This document shows positions 51,760 through 64,000 of a stretch of 64,000 nucleotides of DNA, piece after piece (position 1 is the first letter of the stretch; every line of letters starts with the position of its first letter). Under the pieces are notes generated by a model that ran no database searches, was not told where the DNA came from, and saw only the letters and a program-made list of their open reading frames with translations. The DNA is taken from NCBI RefSeq assembly GCF_001194135.2, contig NC_068986.1:92997225-93061224 (forward strand), in the 5' to 3' direction. The translations under genes and the position numbers were made by a program. Origin of the DNA: Octopus bimaculoides (lineage: Eukaryota).

Positions 51760-52070
51760 CATATCTATGACAATCATATTAACCATTATCGTATACTAGG
51801 CTTTTATATTCTCATTTATATCTGTAGCTATTATAACCACAATTATCATACCTGTGACTATCATATCCATCATTATAATATCTATGACTATCATACTTAC
51901 AGTTATTATATCTATGACTATCATACTTACAGTTATTATATCTATGATTATCATATCCACAGTTACCATGTATATAATTATCATTTCCACAGTGATCATT
52001 TCTACAGTTATTTTATTATAGCTATGGCTACTATACCCACAAGTTTTATATCTATGACTACCATACCCTC
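51760..52070. repeat. 30-bp minisatellite, about 9 degenerate copies
   Basis: tatctatgactatcatacttacagttatta exact at 51879 and 51909. Confidence 0.85.
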
Positions 52071-52074
52071 AGTA

Positions 52075-52253
52075 AAAGCACCCACTACACTCTTGGAGTG
52101 GTTGGCGTTTGGAAGAGCATCCAGCTGTAGAAACTCTGCCAGATCAGATTGGAGCCTGGTGCAGCCTTCTGGGTTGCCAGTCGTCAGTCAAATTGTCCAA
52201 CCCATGCTAGCATGGAAAGCGGACGTTAAATGATGATGATGATGATGATGATA
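52075..52253 (+). repeat. Family B, young
   Basis: aaagcacccactacactcttggagtggttggcgtttgg..gcggacgttaaatgatgatg. Confidence 0.85.
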
Positions 52254-52818
52254 AATATACTTATATCTGTCTGTCTGTCTTTTTATTTATTTATCAATCT
52301 GTATGCATGCATGTGTGTGTGTGTGTGTAGGGTATCAGTTGCAATATGCTAAAGTTATGCTGTTTTATTCATTTGTTTAATTATATACTTTTTCATACAT
52401 CTATATCTGTGAGTCTATTTATGTGTGTTTTATGTAAAATTGTACATAAAAAACCTCAAACTTTAACTGAAAGAGCACTCACTACATTCAAATAAGATAT
52501 TAAATACAGGCATATACTCAATGATATCAAAAATTATTTACTTCTTATTGTACAATCTCTACTCCAGCGTAAGATGCTTGAGGCTAGTGATGTCTGCAAA
52601 GAACAGATGTCATTCAGGGTTTAGTGAGGGAGCCTTCTGTTGTCACTCAGCAGGTTATCAATCAGCTTGGCCTCCTAGTCTGGGTCAGCGGAACCCCGAT
52701 TGAGACAAGGTCAGCTCAAACCCTCTTTGTTTCCATAATCGTTTGTTCATACCCTGTATTACCTTGTTGACATTTCCTTGACTTGCTCTTTTTATATGCA
52801 CATTTATTCATATAACAT

Positions 52819-52907
<89 letters not shown>

Positions 52908-53465
52908 GTATGTATATGTATGTATGTAAATGTGTATATAAAGTGTTGATATTCCAAACCTGTTTTGTATGTATGTCTAGTTGGAGACTTCAGAAAGACA
53001 GTTCAGAGAAAAGTCCTTTGAGGAATAACATGAAGAGCCCGATATTTAATGGAATGATATCCATAGTGGTGATGATTCTGTGCAGTTGTTAGAAAACAGA
53101 TTAGATATCTCTGATTAATGAGTAAACCGAAACTGAGGAGGTATGTTATTTAGATATCCCCTTTTTTTTTTCTCACTTTCATCTTTTTTTTTGTTCTTAT
53201 TTTTCCTTCCTTCATCTCTTCCTTTCTTTGTTCATTGTTTGTTCTTTCTTTCTTTCTTTCTTTCTTTCTTCATTTATTTGTTTTCTCATTCTTTCTTTCT
53301 TTCTTAAGTGTTTTCATTCATCCCATCTTTTTTTCTTTCTTTCCTTACTCCTTCAGTCCATTTCTTTCTTTCTGTCTTCTCTTCTTTTAGAAAAGGTTCT
53401 CTCTTACAGTTTTCAGAAACTGAAATAGAACAGTTTTACAGGTGAAACCTTAAAAAAATATTAGT

Positions 53466-53511
<46 letters not shown>

Positions 53512-53572
53512 CTAAAGAAAGAAAAGGATAAAGAGACCAATGGCAAAGTTAGAATTATATTTTATGTATAAA

Positions 53573-53621
53573 GTCTTACAGCTGTTTCAGGGAAAATCCA
53601 ATGTATCCCTTCATCGGAGAC
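53573..53621 (-). ncRNA. Minimal type I hammerhead ribozyme motif (U4C core variant)
   Basis: gucu-CCGAUGA-aggga(uacauuggauuu)ucccu-GAAA-cagcug-UA-agac: 4-bp stem I, 5-bp stem II, perfect palindrome ACAGCUGU as stem III. Confidence 0.8.
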
Positions 53622-53783
53622 GGTAATAGTAGAAGAATGGATTATTCNNNNNNNNNNNNNNNNNNNNNNNNNNNNNNNNNNNNNNNNNNNNNNNNNNNNN
53701 NNNNNNNNNNNNNNNNNNNNNNNNNNNNNNNNNNNNNNNNNNNNNNNNNNNNNNNNNNNNNNNNNNNNNNNNNNNNNNNNNNN

Positions 53784-53809
<26 letters not shown>

Positions 53810-53817
<8 letters not shown>

Positions 53818-54430
53818 ATTATGTAACATCCTCTGGAGGCAGAGAGAGGTTTTGATAAATTGAGAATTTATGTTGTATGTTATTGGATATACCTGTATTT
53901 TTCTATACTGTTCAAATACATAGCATTGGCCATTCTGAATTATTTCTCTTAGCTGGACCCTCAATGTGTTCCACTCATTTTTGTATATACTCCTTGGCCA
54001 CTAGAGATATTTTCAAACAGTTATCGAGCTAAAAGCATGTGTTCACGATTGTTCTTTTATCTTAATACAATAAGTTTGTCCTTTTCCTTAATGGCATGTT
54101 AGTTTTGGAGAATTATTCACTTGTGAGATTAACTCCTCTTTTCAAGTGGAATTGATCATAATTGCTATTTGGTAATTATGAGAGATACTTTGGAGGTAGA
54201 AGAGTTTAAATAAGTCAGGAATTTATGTCGTGGTATCTGATATACCTGTATTTTTCTCTCTGTTTCTTTCTATATATATGTCTATATATATATTCCTTTT
54301 TCCCCCTCTTATTTTCTGTATCTTAGTTGATCTGTTGCTAACTTTCAAGCAGTTTTGAAAGAAGGTACACTAGCTTGTACCAAACCTGATTTTCTCAATG
54401 TTGAAACTATCTTTAAGAATCAGAGCTGTT
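53810..54430 (-). mobile_element. Possible decayed Penelope-like segment upstream of the hammerhead
   Basis: Position and strand; weak KEYI-like fragment; internal diverged ~70-bp direct repeat. Confidence 0.25.
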
Positions 54431-54689
54431 TTGAATTGTTCATTAGTGCTGTCTTTTTACCGAAAACAAGAGTTTGGATTCAATTGTGCCATTAGTTTGG
54501 CAGTTATATCTGTTTACTTCCTTCTACTAGTCTTCTAAATCTGTAAAATATACTATCTCCCCTTTGCAGTTCAGATATACAGGAATATAACTAAATATAA
54601 TGAAAGCTATTGGCAGCATCAATGTCTTCAATATATCGGGATGTAGATGTCCTCTGTACACAGAGGAACAGTGGCTGTCATGCTCTGAC

Positions 54690-55295
<606 letters not shown>

Positions 55296-56044
55296 GACTT
55301 GCTCATTTCTGCTATTGTCACCATTAGAATCCATAAGAATACTAAACCAAAGAGAGAGTCCATCCTAAGTCACCGACCTGCTTAAACTTTCAGCAAATCT
55401 CCTTCAAGTCACACCCTATTGTTTTAGAAAAGAGAGGATAAAATTCAACCATGTCGCCCTTGATAGACAACAAGACGGAATAGTTATGATTGGAACAGCT
55501 TTAATCATAAGTCTGCTCGATCAGGGCTGGCCTGTGGTTAAACAATAATAGTAAGTATAGAGTAATGGAAAGAGTATACTATATCTGAACTGTCACACTG
55601 CACCCAATGCAATTATCTTCTGTATCAAAATGTGCAGCATGCTCCTTGTTTCAGTGAATATAGTGCTGTGAAGCAGAACATGATACTCCACAGTACATCA
55701 GTTCACCTACCTGTTAGTAATTAGCACTATATTTTACATTGGATCAGTTCATCTACCTGTCAGCAATAGACACCTGTTCTCATGGGAGTGTTACCTGAAA
55801 ATAACCAGAGTTCTATGCACAGGGAAATTTGTCTAACGTCTGCTGAAAACTGTGAAACTAGAGCAAAAGAAATCTGAGCACGGGGCTTAGTAGGCATCTA
55901 TATCTTCATATTTATTCCAGCTATTACTACATTTCTACAGCTACTTTGTGAAATTATATCTGGTTAACCTCCATATCACTTCTATAGCTATGAATTACTA
56001 TAGACATTCAATTTAGTGCTGTAACCAAAAATCTTTATTAAACT

Positions 56045-56620
56045 GAGTGCAGGAGGCATAGCTGTGTGGTTAACAATCTTGCTTTGCAACCGCATGGTTT
56101 CAGGTTCAGTCTCACAGTGCCATACCTTGAGCAAGTGTTTTTTATTGAAGTCCACAAAACACAGATCATTTTTTTTTTCAGGTCTTGGTTTCAGAATGGA
56201 TTCTCCTTTTCCCATTGAGTGCTAACCATTCTTGTTCTCATTGGATATAATTATCGAGAACTCATCACTTCTGACCATTCTTGCCAGGAAAGGTTCAGTG
56301 GCAAGCATAGTCTTCAATTACTAGCAGTAGGCAACTCTTTGATTAAGCAGAGATGCAATCAGACAATGAGGGATATTTATATACACACACAGATATATGT
56401 ATTTGTGTGTGCATGGTTTGTGTCCTGTCACCGTGTGACAACCAGTGTTGGTTTGTTTTCATCTATGTAATTTAGCAGTTTGGGAAAAGAGACCGATAGG
56501 ATAAAAATATCTGATTTAGAAAAATATGTACTGGGGTTGAATTGTTTGACTTAAACCCCTTTCAGTGCAGTGCCCTAGCATAGTCACAATCCAAGGACTA
56601 AAATAAGTAAAAGATAAAAC
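56045..56620 (+). mobile_element. Family A SINE, interrupted
   Basis: gctgtgtggttaac..caggttcagtctc..ccttgagcaagtg; tail aaagagaccgatag..gactaaaataagtaaaagataaaa. Confidence 0.65.
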
Positions 56621-57177
56621 TACCTAGTTTCTTCAAAGTTATGATGAACTAAGAGATATAACTCAAATAGCCCACTGGCATGAATTTAGATAATTGTTAA
56701 ATTGTGATTTACTAAATGCTGTACATAAACAAATTTAGTAGAAAACTTTTCATATAGTATTCCCTTATTTTGACTGCTTTATGGAAAAATAACAATAAGT
56801 GTTCATGTATCTACTTATGTGCCTATTTGCACCAGAATTCTTGCTTAAGCTGGTTTAGGAACCATAATGTGGTGCTAGAGATAACAGTAAAATCTGCCTC
56901 AATATCATCGTCTTGGGTTCCCTATATATGGGAAAATGATGGGACAGTCATCACTAGGATACTTTTGATCATAGGTCTGTTTGATCAGGGTTGATTTGGG
57001 CTGGGCAATAACATACTTGCAACCCACCTGTCAACACAAACTCCCCTTGTGCCCACATTCACACAATCACATCCCAATCACATGCACAATCTCACAAAAA
57101 CTTTCAAACACACACACATACACACAAGCTCTCACTCTCTCTCACACATACACGCATACACACAAGCTCTCTCACTT

Positions 57178-57232
<55 letters not shown>

Positions 57233-57664
57233 AACACAAGCTCTCTCTCTCACTCACACACACACACACAACCACAAGCTCTCGCTCTCGCTCTCTCTCT
57301 CTCTATCATACACACACACAAGCACTCTCTCTTGCTCTCTCGCTCTCTCTCTCACACACACACACACACACAGACACACACACACTCAAGCTCTCTCTCT
57401 TGCTCTTTCTCTCTCTCTCTCTCTCACACACACAGCACTTATTGGACTGGAATTACAATTTTTTATTTGGATACAAAGTCACTAGTTTGTGTGTGGCAGG
57501 GGTTCGGGGAGTGTGTAGAGTGAATGGAACCTAATTTAGTAGCCTTAAAAAGTATGGAAGGTAAAGTTTACTTTGACAGGATTTAAACCGATAACTTAAA
57601 AGGCTGTAAATTAATACCGTAGGGCTTTAGTTGGGCATTTTACCTACTCAGCTGCTACCAGATT

Positions 57665-57806
57665 CTTATTTCTTTACTGCCCACAAGGGGCTACATACAG
57701 AGGGGACAAACAAGGACAGATAAATGGATTAAGTCGATTATATCGATCCCAGTGTGTAACTGGTACTTATTTAATCGACTCCGAAAGGATGAAAGGCAAA
57801 GTCGAT
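57665..57806 (-). mobile_element. 5'-truncated family C SINE (tail subtype ..ccttgtgggcagtaaagaaata)
   Basis: Matches 59216-59355. Confidence 0.8.
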
Positions 57807-59054
57807 TGGATCTGGATGCAATCCTCTGGCTTACTGGCTCCTTTTGAATCATCCAACTTATGCTAATATGGAAAACAAGTATCTGCGTGTAAACACACAC
57901 ACACACACACATTATAAGCTGTGCTTCTGCGTGCATATGTCAATGGAATGTGTGTATAAAGTATATATGTTTGTGTGTGAGTGTACATATGTACATGTGT
58001 GTCGTTTGGTTTCCATTTAATTAAAAAAACATCTTTTTAAAATTAAATCAAATGGAATGTTGATATTTTGTTTTGATTTCTAGAAAATTAAAGAATTTTA
58101 TAAAATGTTTGCATTAATAATGAGAGCACACACACACACACACACACATGCACACTTTCACATATGCACACTAATTCATAGTTTTATGTACTGATTTTGT
58201 TTATTTAAGATGTATACTTTATAGGAATGTAACTATTTCAATATAAAGTGTGTCTTCTGTTTTTTTTTTTTTTTGCATAACTTGAGATATGACATGATAT
58301 ATATTTAAATAGCTATGTTACTTTAAGGCCATGCTTCATTAATAACAGAACATACACTTGTTTGCTTGTTTTAGATCTGTTTTTTCTTCTATAATTGTAT
58401 GGGTTGGATAAATATGGTATTTAAAGCTTTGTTTTAGTGCCGGATGCCCTTGCTGTTGCTAATCCTTAACTGTTTTGTAAATAAGGTATCTCTTATTCCA
58501 TATGGGTTCGAAGGCACGAAGTGACTGAATGATTTGATGACAAGAGAACTGACAACAACAACATTGCCTGCCATAACTTTTAGTCAAGTGATTACTGATG
58601 TATACAAACATACAGACACATGCATATATGTTTAAAAGTTTCCTTCCCAATCGCATGATTTTAGCTTTAGTCTCACTGTGTGGCCCTTTGGGCAACTGTC
58701 TTCTGTTATAGCCCCAAGCCTTCTACATGTATTTTGTTGACAGTAACGGGAAGAAACCTGTTATATATATGACTGTGTGGATGTTTGCATCTCCTTGTCT
58801 TGACATAACTGGACAGTTGTAAACAAGCATCACTGTCATAGAAATGATATTACCTTTCTTGAGAACATGTGTGGTTTGGTGACAAGAGAATCCAACCTTG
58901 GTAAACTTTGTCCAGCCCATGCAAGCATGGAAAAGTTTAAAATAAACCAATGATAATGATAGAGTTTTTGTGCACCAAGTACACACACTAGGCTTTGATC
59001 ATGCACTTGCCCAAAGAAAGCTAATAAGTGTTTGCCACCCAGAAGAACATATAT

Positions 59055-59495
59055 TTCTTATTTCTTTATTGTCCACAAGGGATCAAACATAGAGGGGACA
59101 AACAAAGACAGACAAAGGAATTAAGTCAATTACATTGACCCCAGTGCCTAACTGGTACTTAATTTATCGACCTTGGTGGAATTTGAACTCAGAACGTAAC
59201 AGCAGATGAAATACCTATTTCTTTACTGCCCACAAGGGGCTACACACAGAGGGGACAAACAAGAACAGACATACGGATTAAGTCGATTATATCGACCCCA
59301 GTGCGTAACTGGTGCTTAATTTATCGACCCCGAAAGGATGAAAGGCAAAGTCGACCTCGGCGGAATTTGAACTCAGAACGCAGTGGCAGACGAAATACCG
59401 CTAAGCAGTTCGCCCGGTGTGCTAACATTTCTGCCAGCTCGCCGCAGATGAAATACCGCGAAGCATTTCACCCGGTGTGTTAACGTTTCTGCCAT
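59055..59495 (-). mobile_element. Family C SINE (59216-59443) inserted into another family C SINE with a 14-bp TSD
   Basis: gcagatgaaatacc at 59202-59215 and 59444-59457; the outer copy resumes after the second repeat. Confidence 0.85.
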
Positions 59496-60045
59496 ATATT
59501 TTTGCCAGTCAAAAATAAATGTTGTCTTTCTACTAGTTTGCTGAAAACATTGTCTATACAAAATACCAGTCATCATGATTCTGCATTGCATTTAACTGAG
59601 AAGAGACATTTATGTGGTAACTGTGGTAAATGCTGCAGGAAATAATTAGGCTAGAAATTAATCTTTGCTATGCAGCTCATTAATAAACAATTGTCATACT
59701 CACTATTGAATCAACTTCCATATTTATATATTTATATCTGTGTAGTGTGTGTGCGTTTTGCCTTGCCATAGGCCCTCAGTAACTAGATGTCTAGATGGCG
59801 ACATCAAAATATATGGTGTGTCTTGAGCACTTTTATGTCTGCTAGAATCCGTCCCTCTCCAGATCTAACCATAACTGATTTCCTACTGAAAGACATACAT
59901 ACAGGTAGAAAGGAGTGAAAGAAATAGGAAGCAAGAATGTATGTATGTGCGTAACTGTATGTATGCTTGCATAGTTATATGTGAATGAGTGTGTGCGTGT
60001 GTGAGTGTATGAACGTACATATATGTATGTATGTGAGTGTATGAA

Positions 60046-60092
<47 letters not shown>

Positions 60093-60438
60093 NNNNNNNN
60101 NNNNNNNNNNNNNNNNNNNNNNNNNNNNNNNNNNNNNNNNNNNNNNNNNNNNNNNNNNNNNNNNNNNNNNNNNNNNNNNNNNNNNNNNNNNNNNNNNNNN
60201 NNNNNNNNNNNNNNNNNNNNNNNNNNNNNNNNNNNNNNNNNNNNNNNNNNNNNNNNNNNNNNNNNNNNNNNNNNNNNNNNNNNNNNNNNNNNNNNNNNNN
60301 NNNNNNNNNNNNNNNNNNNNNNNNNNNNNNNNNNNNNNNNNNNNNNNNNNNNNNNNNNNNNNNNNNNNNNNNNNNNNNNNNNNNNNNNNNNNNNNNNNNN
60401 NNNNNNNNNNNNNNNNNNNNNNNNNNNNNNNNNNNNNN

Positions 60439-60500
<62 letters not shown>

Positions 60501-61298
60501 AGTGTATGAATGTATGTATATATGTGAGTGTATGAATGTGCATGTGTGTATGAATGCACTTATATATGTGCATTTGTTTGTGTGTATATAATGTAAGTGG
60601 TGTATGCAGATGTTTGTATATGTTTTTAATTAATATTATTATATATTATTATTATTTATTCTCTTTTAAATTTTTTTTCCCCCAACCGAGTGTGGTATGC
60701 ACATGAAAGTTAACTCTACTCCATCACCACCACCACCACCACCACCACCACTCTCGCACAAAATCTATTAGAATTTCATCTTATTCGCAATCGGATACTA
60801 TGTAAATATAACAACAACAACATCAACAACAGAATTAATTAGCGATTAATTTAAACAAATTCAAATTAGAATTTTAAAAAAGAAAATTTTTTTTATTTGT
60901 TATATTTAGAAATTTGAAACATTCTAACATCTGCTGTTTCAGCTTACATATTTAATTGTATTTCATAATTATTATGATTATTAGTTGTTGTTGTTGTTGT
61001 TATTTTTGATGTGGTGGTGGAAAGTAATGAAATTATTATTATCATTATTATTTGGTGTTTGTTCTTGAACTTCTAAACTGATGATAATCTTGATGTGATG
61101 ATGATGATGATGGGATTGTAATGATATGGTGATGATGATGATGATGATAATGCAGACAATGTTGGTGATGATAATAGTAGTGATGGTGATGATTGTTATT
61201 CACACTATTCTTTTGATAAAATGTTTCCATTTCATTTGCTGTCTGCTTATTAATTGATGACTTCATCTTCAATCTCTCTCTCTCTCCTAGTGTGTGTG

Positions 61299-61329
<31 letters not shown>

Positions 61330-61990
61330 NNNNNNNNNNNNNNNNNNNNNNNNNNNNNNNNNNNNNNNNNNNNNNNNNNNNNNNNNNNNNNNNNNNNNNN
61401 NNNNNNNNNNNNNNNNNNNNNNNNNNNNNNNNNNNNNNNNNNNNNNNNNNNNNNNNNNNNNNNNNNNNNNNNNNNNNNNNNNNNNNNNNNNNNNNNNNNN
61501 NNNNNNNNNNNNNNNNNNNNNNNNNNNNNNNNNNNNNNNNNNNNNNNNNNNNNNNNNNNNNNNNNNNNNNNNNNNNNNNNNNNNNNNNNNNNNNNNNNNN
61601 NNNNNNNNNNNNNNNNNNNNNNNNNNNNNNNNNNNNNNNNNNNNNNNNNNNNNNNNNNNNNNNNNNNNNNNNNNNNNNNNNNNNNNNNNNNNNNNNNNNN
61701 NNNNNNNNNNNNNNNNNNNNNNNNNNNNNNNNNNNNNNNNNNNNNNNNNNNNNNNNNNNNNNNNNNNNNNNNNNNNNNNNNNNNNNNNNNNNNNNNNNNN
61801 NNNNNNNNNNNNNNNNNNNNNNNNNNNNNNNNNNNNNNNNNNNNNNNNNNNNNNNNNNNNNNNNNNNNNNNNNNNNNNNNNNNNNNNNNNNNNNNNNNNN
61901 NNNNNNNNNNNNNNNNNNNNNNNNNNNNNNNNNNNNNNNNNNNNNNNNNNNNNNNNNNNNNNNNNNNNNNNNNAATTTATATATATATAT

Positions 61991-62070
61991 ATCATCATCG
62001 TTTAACGTCCGCTTTCCATGCTAGCATGGGTTGGACGATTTGACTGAGGACTGGTGCAACCGGATGGCTA

Positions 62071-62073
<3 letters not shown>
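61991..62073 (-). repeat. Truncated family B end identical to 42233-42315
   Basis: 83-nt identity read by eye. Confidence 0.8.
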
Positions 62074-62108
<35 letters not shown>

Positions 62109-62151
62109 TATATATATATAATATAGTCTTACATGAAATACATTTTATATA

Positions 62152-62960
62152 CAGAGTGTCTGGGCTAAATTTGACAATTTGCATAAAAGGAAAAAAAAAA
62201 AAAATCCCATCAAAAGATATCAACTAGATTATTCTGTGAGAAAACAATTTATGTCCTCAGCTTCCACCATGGCCTCAAGATGGCTCCAGAAACTGGTACA
62301 TGAGGTCCTCACTGTGTCTGTGGGAAGATCGTTGAACACCTCCTTGATCTTGGCCACCAGCTTGCCCTTGGTCTTGCAGGCAGAGTGGTTGGTGTCTTTC
62401 TCAACCATGCTTCACACAGTAATCCATGGGATTACTGATTGTAAAATCAGGGAAATTAGGAGGCCAGTAATTGGGGCTGGCCATGTCAAGGACATTATCT
62501 GACACCCACTTTTGACTCTTTTCAAAGATATGGCGAGGAGCTTGAATCCAGCTGCCACACATATGGCCTTCCAGCAGCAACTGTCTCCAGTCAGGGATTG
62601 TCCACAGTCTCCAGCAGCCTCACATAGCTGTCTGAATTGAGTCTAAGGCTCTGTTCAAAGATGTGGGGTGGCATCACTTCACCCTCATTGGAAACACTCC
62701 CAAAGACCATCCTCCCAATTGGCCATAGCTTTGTAGCCTCCATCGCAACTGTTCATGCCATATCTTACAACCTTTACAGAGTTCACAGAACATTAAGCAG
62801 CAGTCGTGATGTCTGCATTTTGCTACCCAGTGCAAATCATCATGATAGAGATAATTTCAGATGGATTTGTCCTTCATGAGAGCTAACTTTTTCTCAACTC
62901 CATCTTTAATTTCCATGCTCTCCAACACCATTGATTGTTCACCACTTGACAACCTGTGTT
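62152..62960 (-). mobile_element. Internally deleted maT/DD37D-like (Tc1/mariner superfamily) transposon
   Basis: Minus strand: ADITTAA*CSVNSVKVVR (HTH-like), MVFGSVSNEGEVMPPHIF..NSDSY, RPYVWQLDS/APRH..QKWVSDN..WPPNFPD(FTIS)NPMDY..HLEAMVEA; end TA|CAGAGTGTC at 62150-62160. Confidence 0.8.
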
Positions 62961-63207
62961 AATTTGTTTATGTTTGTGTAACTTTGCAGTTCAGCAAATT
63001 TGAATGATTGCATAAGTACCAGACTTTAAAAAATAAGTCCTGGAATTGATATGTTTGACTAAGACTCTTCTAAGCAGTGCCACAGTATGGCCACAATCCA
63101 AAGACAAAAATGAGTAAAAGATAAAAGACACATACATACAGCAAATGTACAAAAATATTGAGTACTTCATTGAATAAACACACACACACACACACACACA
63201 CACGTAT

Positions 63208-63367
63208 ATGAGTGGCTGTGTGGTAAGTAGCTTGCTTACCAACCACATGGTTCCGGGTTCAGTCCCACTGCGTGACACCTTGGGCAAGTGTCTTCTACTA
63301 TAGCCTCGGGCTGACCAAAGCCTTGTGAGTGGATTTGGTAGATGGAAACTGAAAGAAGCCTGTCGTA

Positions 63368-63416
<49 letters not shown>

Positions 63417-63600
63417 TTGTGTGTCTGTGTTTGTCCCCCCACCATTGCTTGACAACCGATGCTGGTGTGTTTACGTCCCCATAACTTAGCAGTTCAGCAA
63501 AATAGACCGATAGAATAAGTACTAGGGGTTGATTTACTCGACTAAAGGCGGTGCACGAGCATGGCCGCGGTCAAATGACTGAAACCAGTAAAAGAGTAAA
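63208..63600 (+). mobile_element. Young full-length family A tRNA/CORE SINE
   Basis: gagtggctgtgtggtaagtagcttgcttaccaaccacatggttccgggttcagtcccactgcgtgacaccttgggcaagtgtc..aaatgactgaaaccagtaaaagagtaaa. Confidence 0.9.
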
Positions 63601-63603
63601 GCG

Positions 63604-63642
<39 letters not shown>

Positions 63643-64000
63643 TCACATACATATGCATCCACACACTCACAAACGCGAATGTTCATGTTAACACGTGTGT
63701 GTGTGTGTGTGTATTCATATACATTTATCCTCATTGAATATTTTGAACATTAAGTAGGTGCCATTGTGTCGTTCTTGTGTTAAAATCAAAGATGACATCT
63801 AAGTTATTGTGGTTGGTCTGATCTGAGTAGCGGTAAAAGTGGCTGAGAGAATTGCTTCTATATCCCCCCCCCCCCCAACACCACCACCACCAATAATGTA
63901 GCAAACCAGGATTAATAGTAATTTTTATATATAATGAATGAATGAAAATTCTAAATTTTAAACTGGCGATATCAATATTGTTTTATATATATATTTTTTT

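Noticed and set aside
63208-63290. tRNA genes at SINE heads (also 1520-1590 and others)
   Set aside because: A and B boxes are present, but there is no complete cloverleaf and each continues into a SINE body

Overview
AT-rich, repeat-dominated animal genomic DNA from a draft assembly. It has 8 N-gaps totalling 4,486 nt, most abutting microsatellites. The SINE repertoire matches what I recognise from Octopus (inference, no database search). I cannot support any host protein-coding exon, so the window reads as a large intron or intergenic region, and nearly all ORF-track entries are microsatellite, N-gap or repeat artefacts. Supported content: (1) an intact-frame 3' end of a Dong/R4-like RLE retrotransposon, plus a decayed second copy; (2) a full-length inactivated DD34D mariner; (3) an internally deleted maT/DD37D-like element and a probable Tc1 remnant; (4) CR1/L2-type LINE remnants; (5) piggyBac-type and foldback MITEs; (6) dozens of tRNA-derived SINE and RTE-tail copies; (7) several minisatellites. 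The most interesting signal is four minimal type I hammerhead-ribozyme motifs (25041-25077 minus, 26267-26312 minus, 31502-31537 plus, 53573-53621 minus). Each has a variant catalytic core and a palindromic or near-palindromic stem III, and they sit at Penelope-like retroelement termini, one within a ~570-bp palindrome. Repeat boundaries were read by eye and are approximate unless stated.
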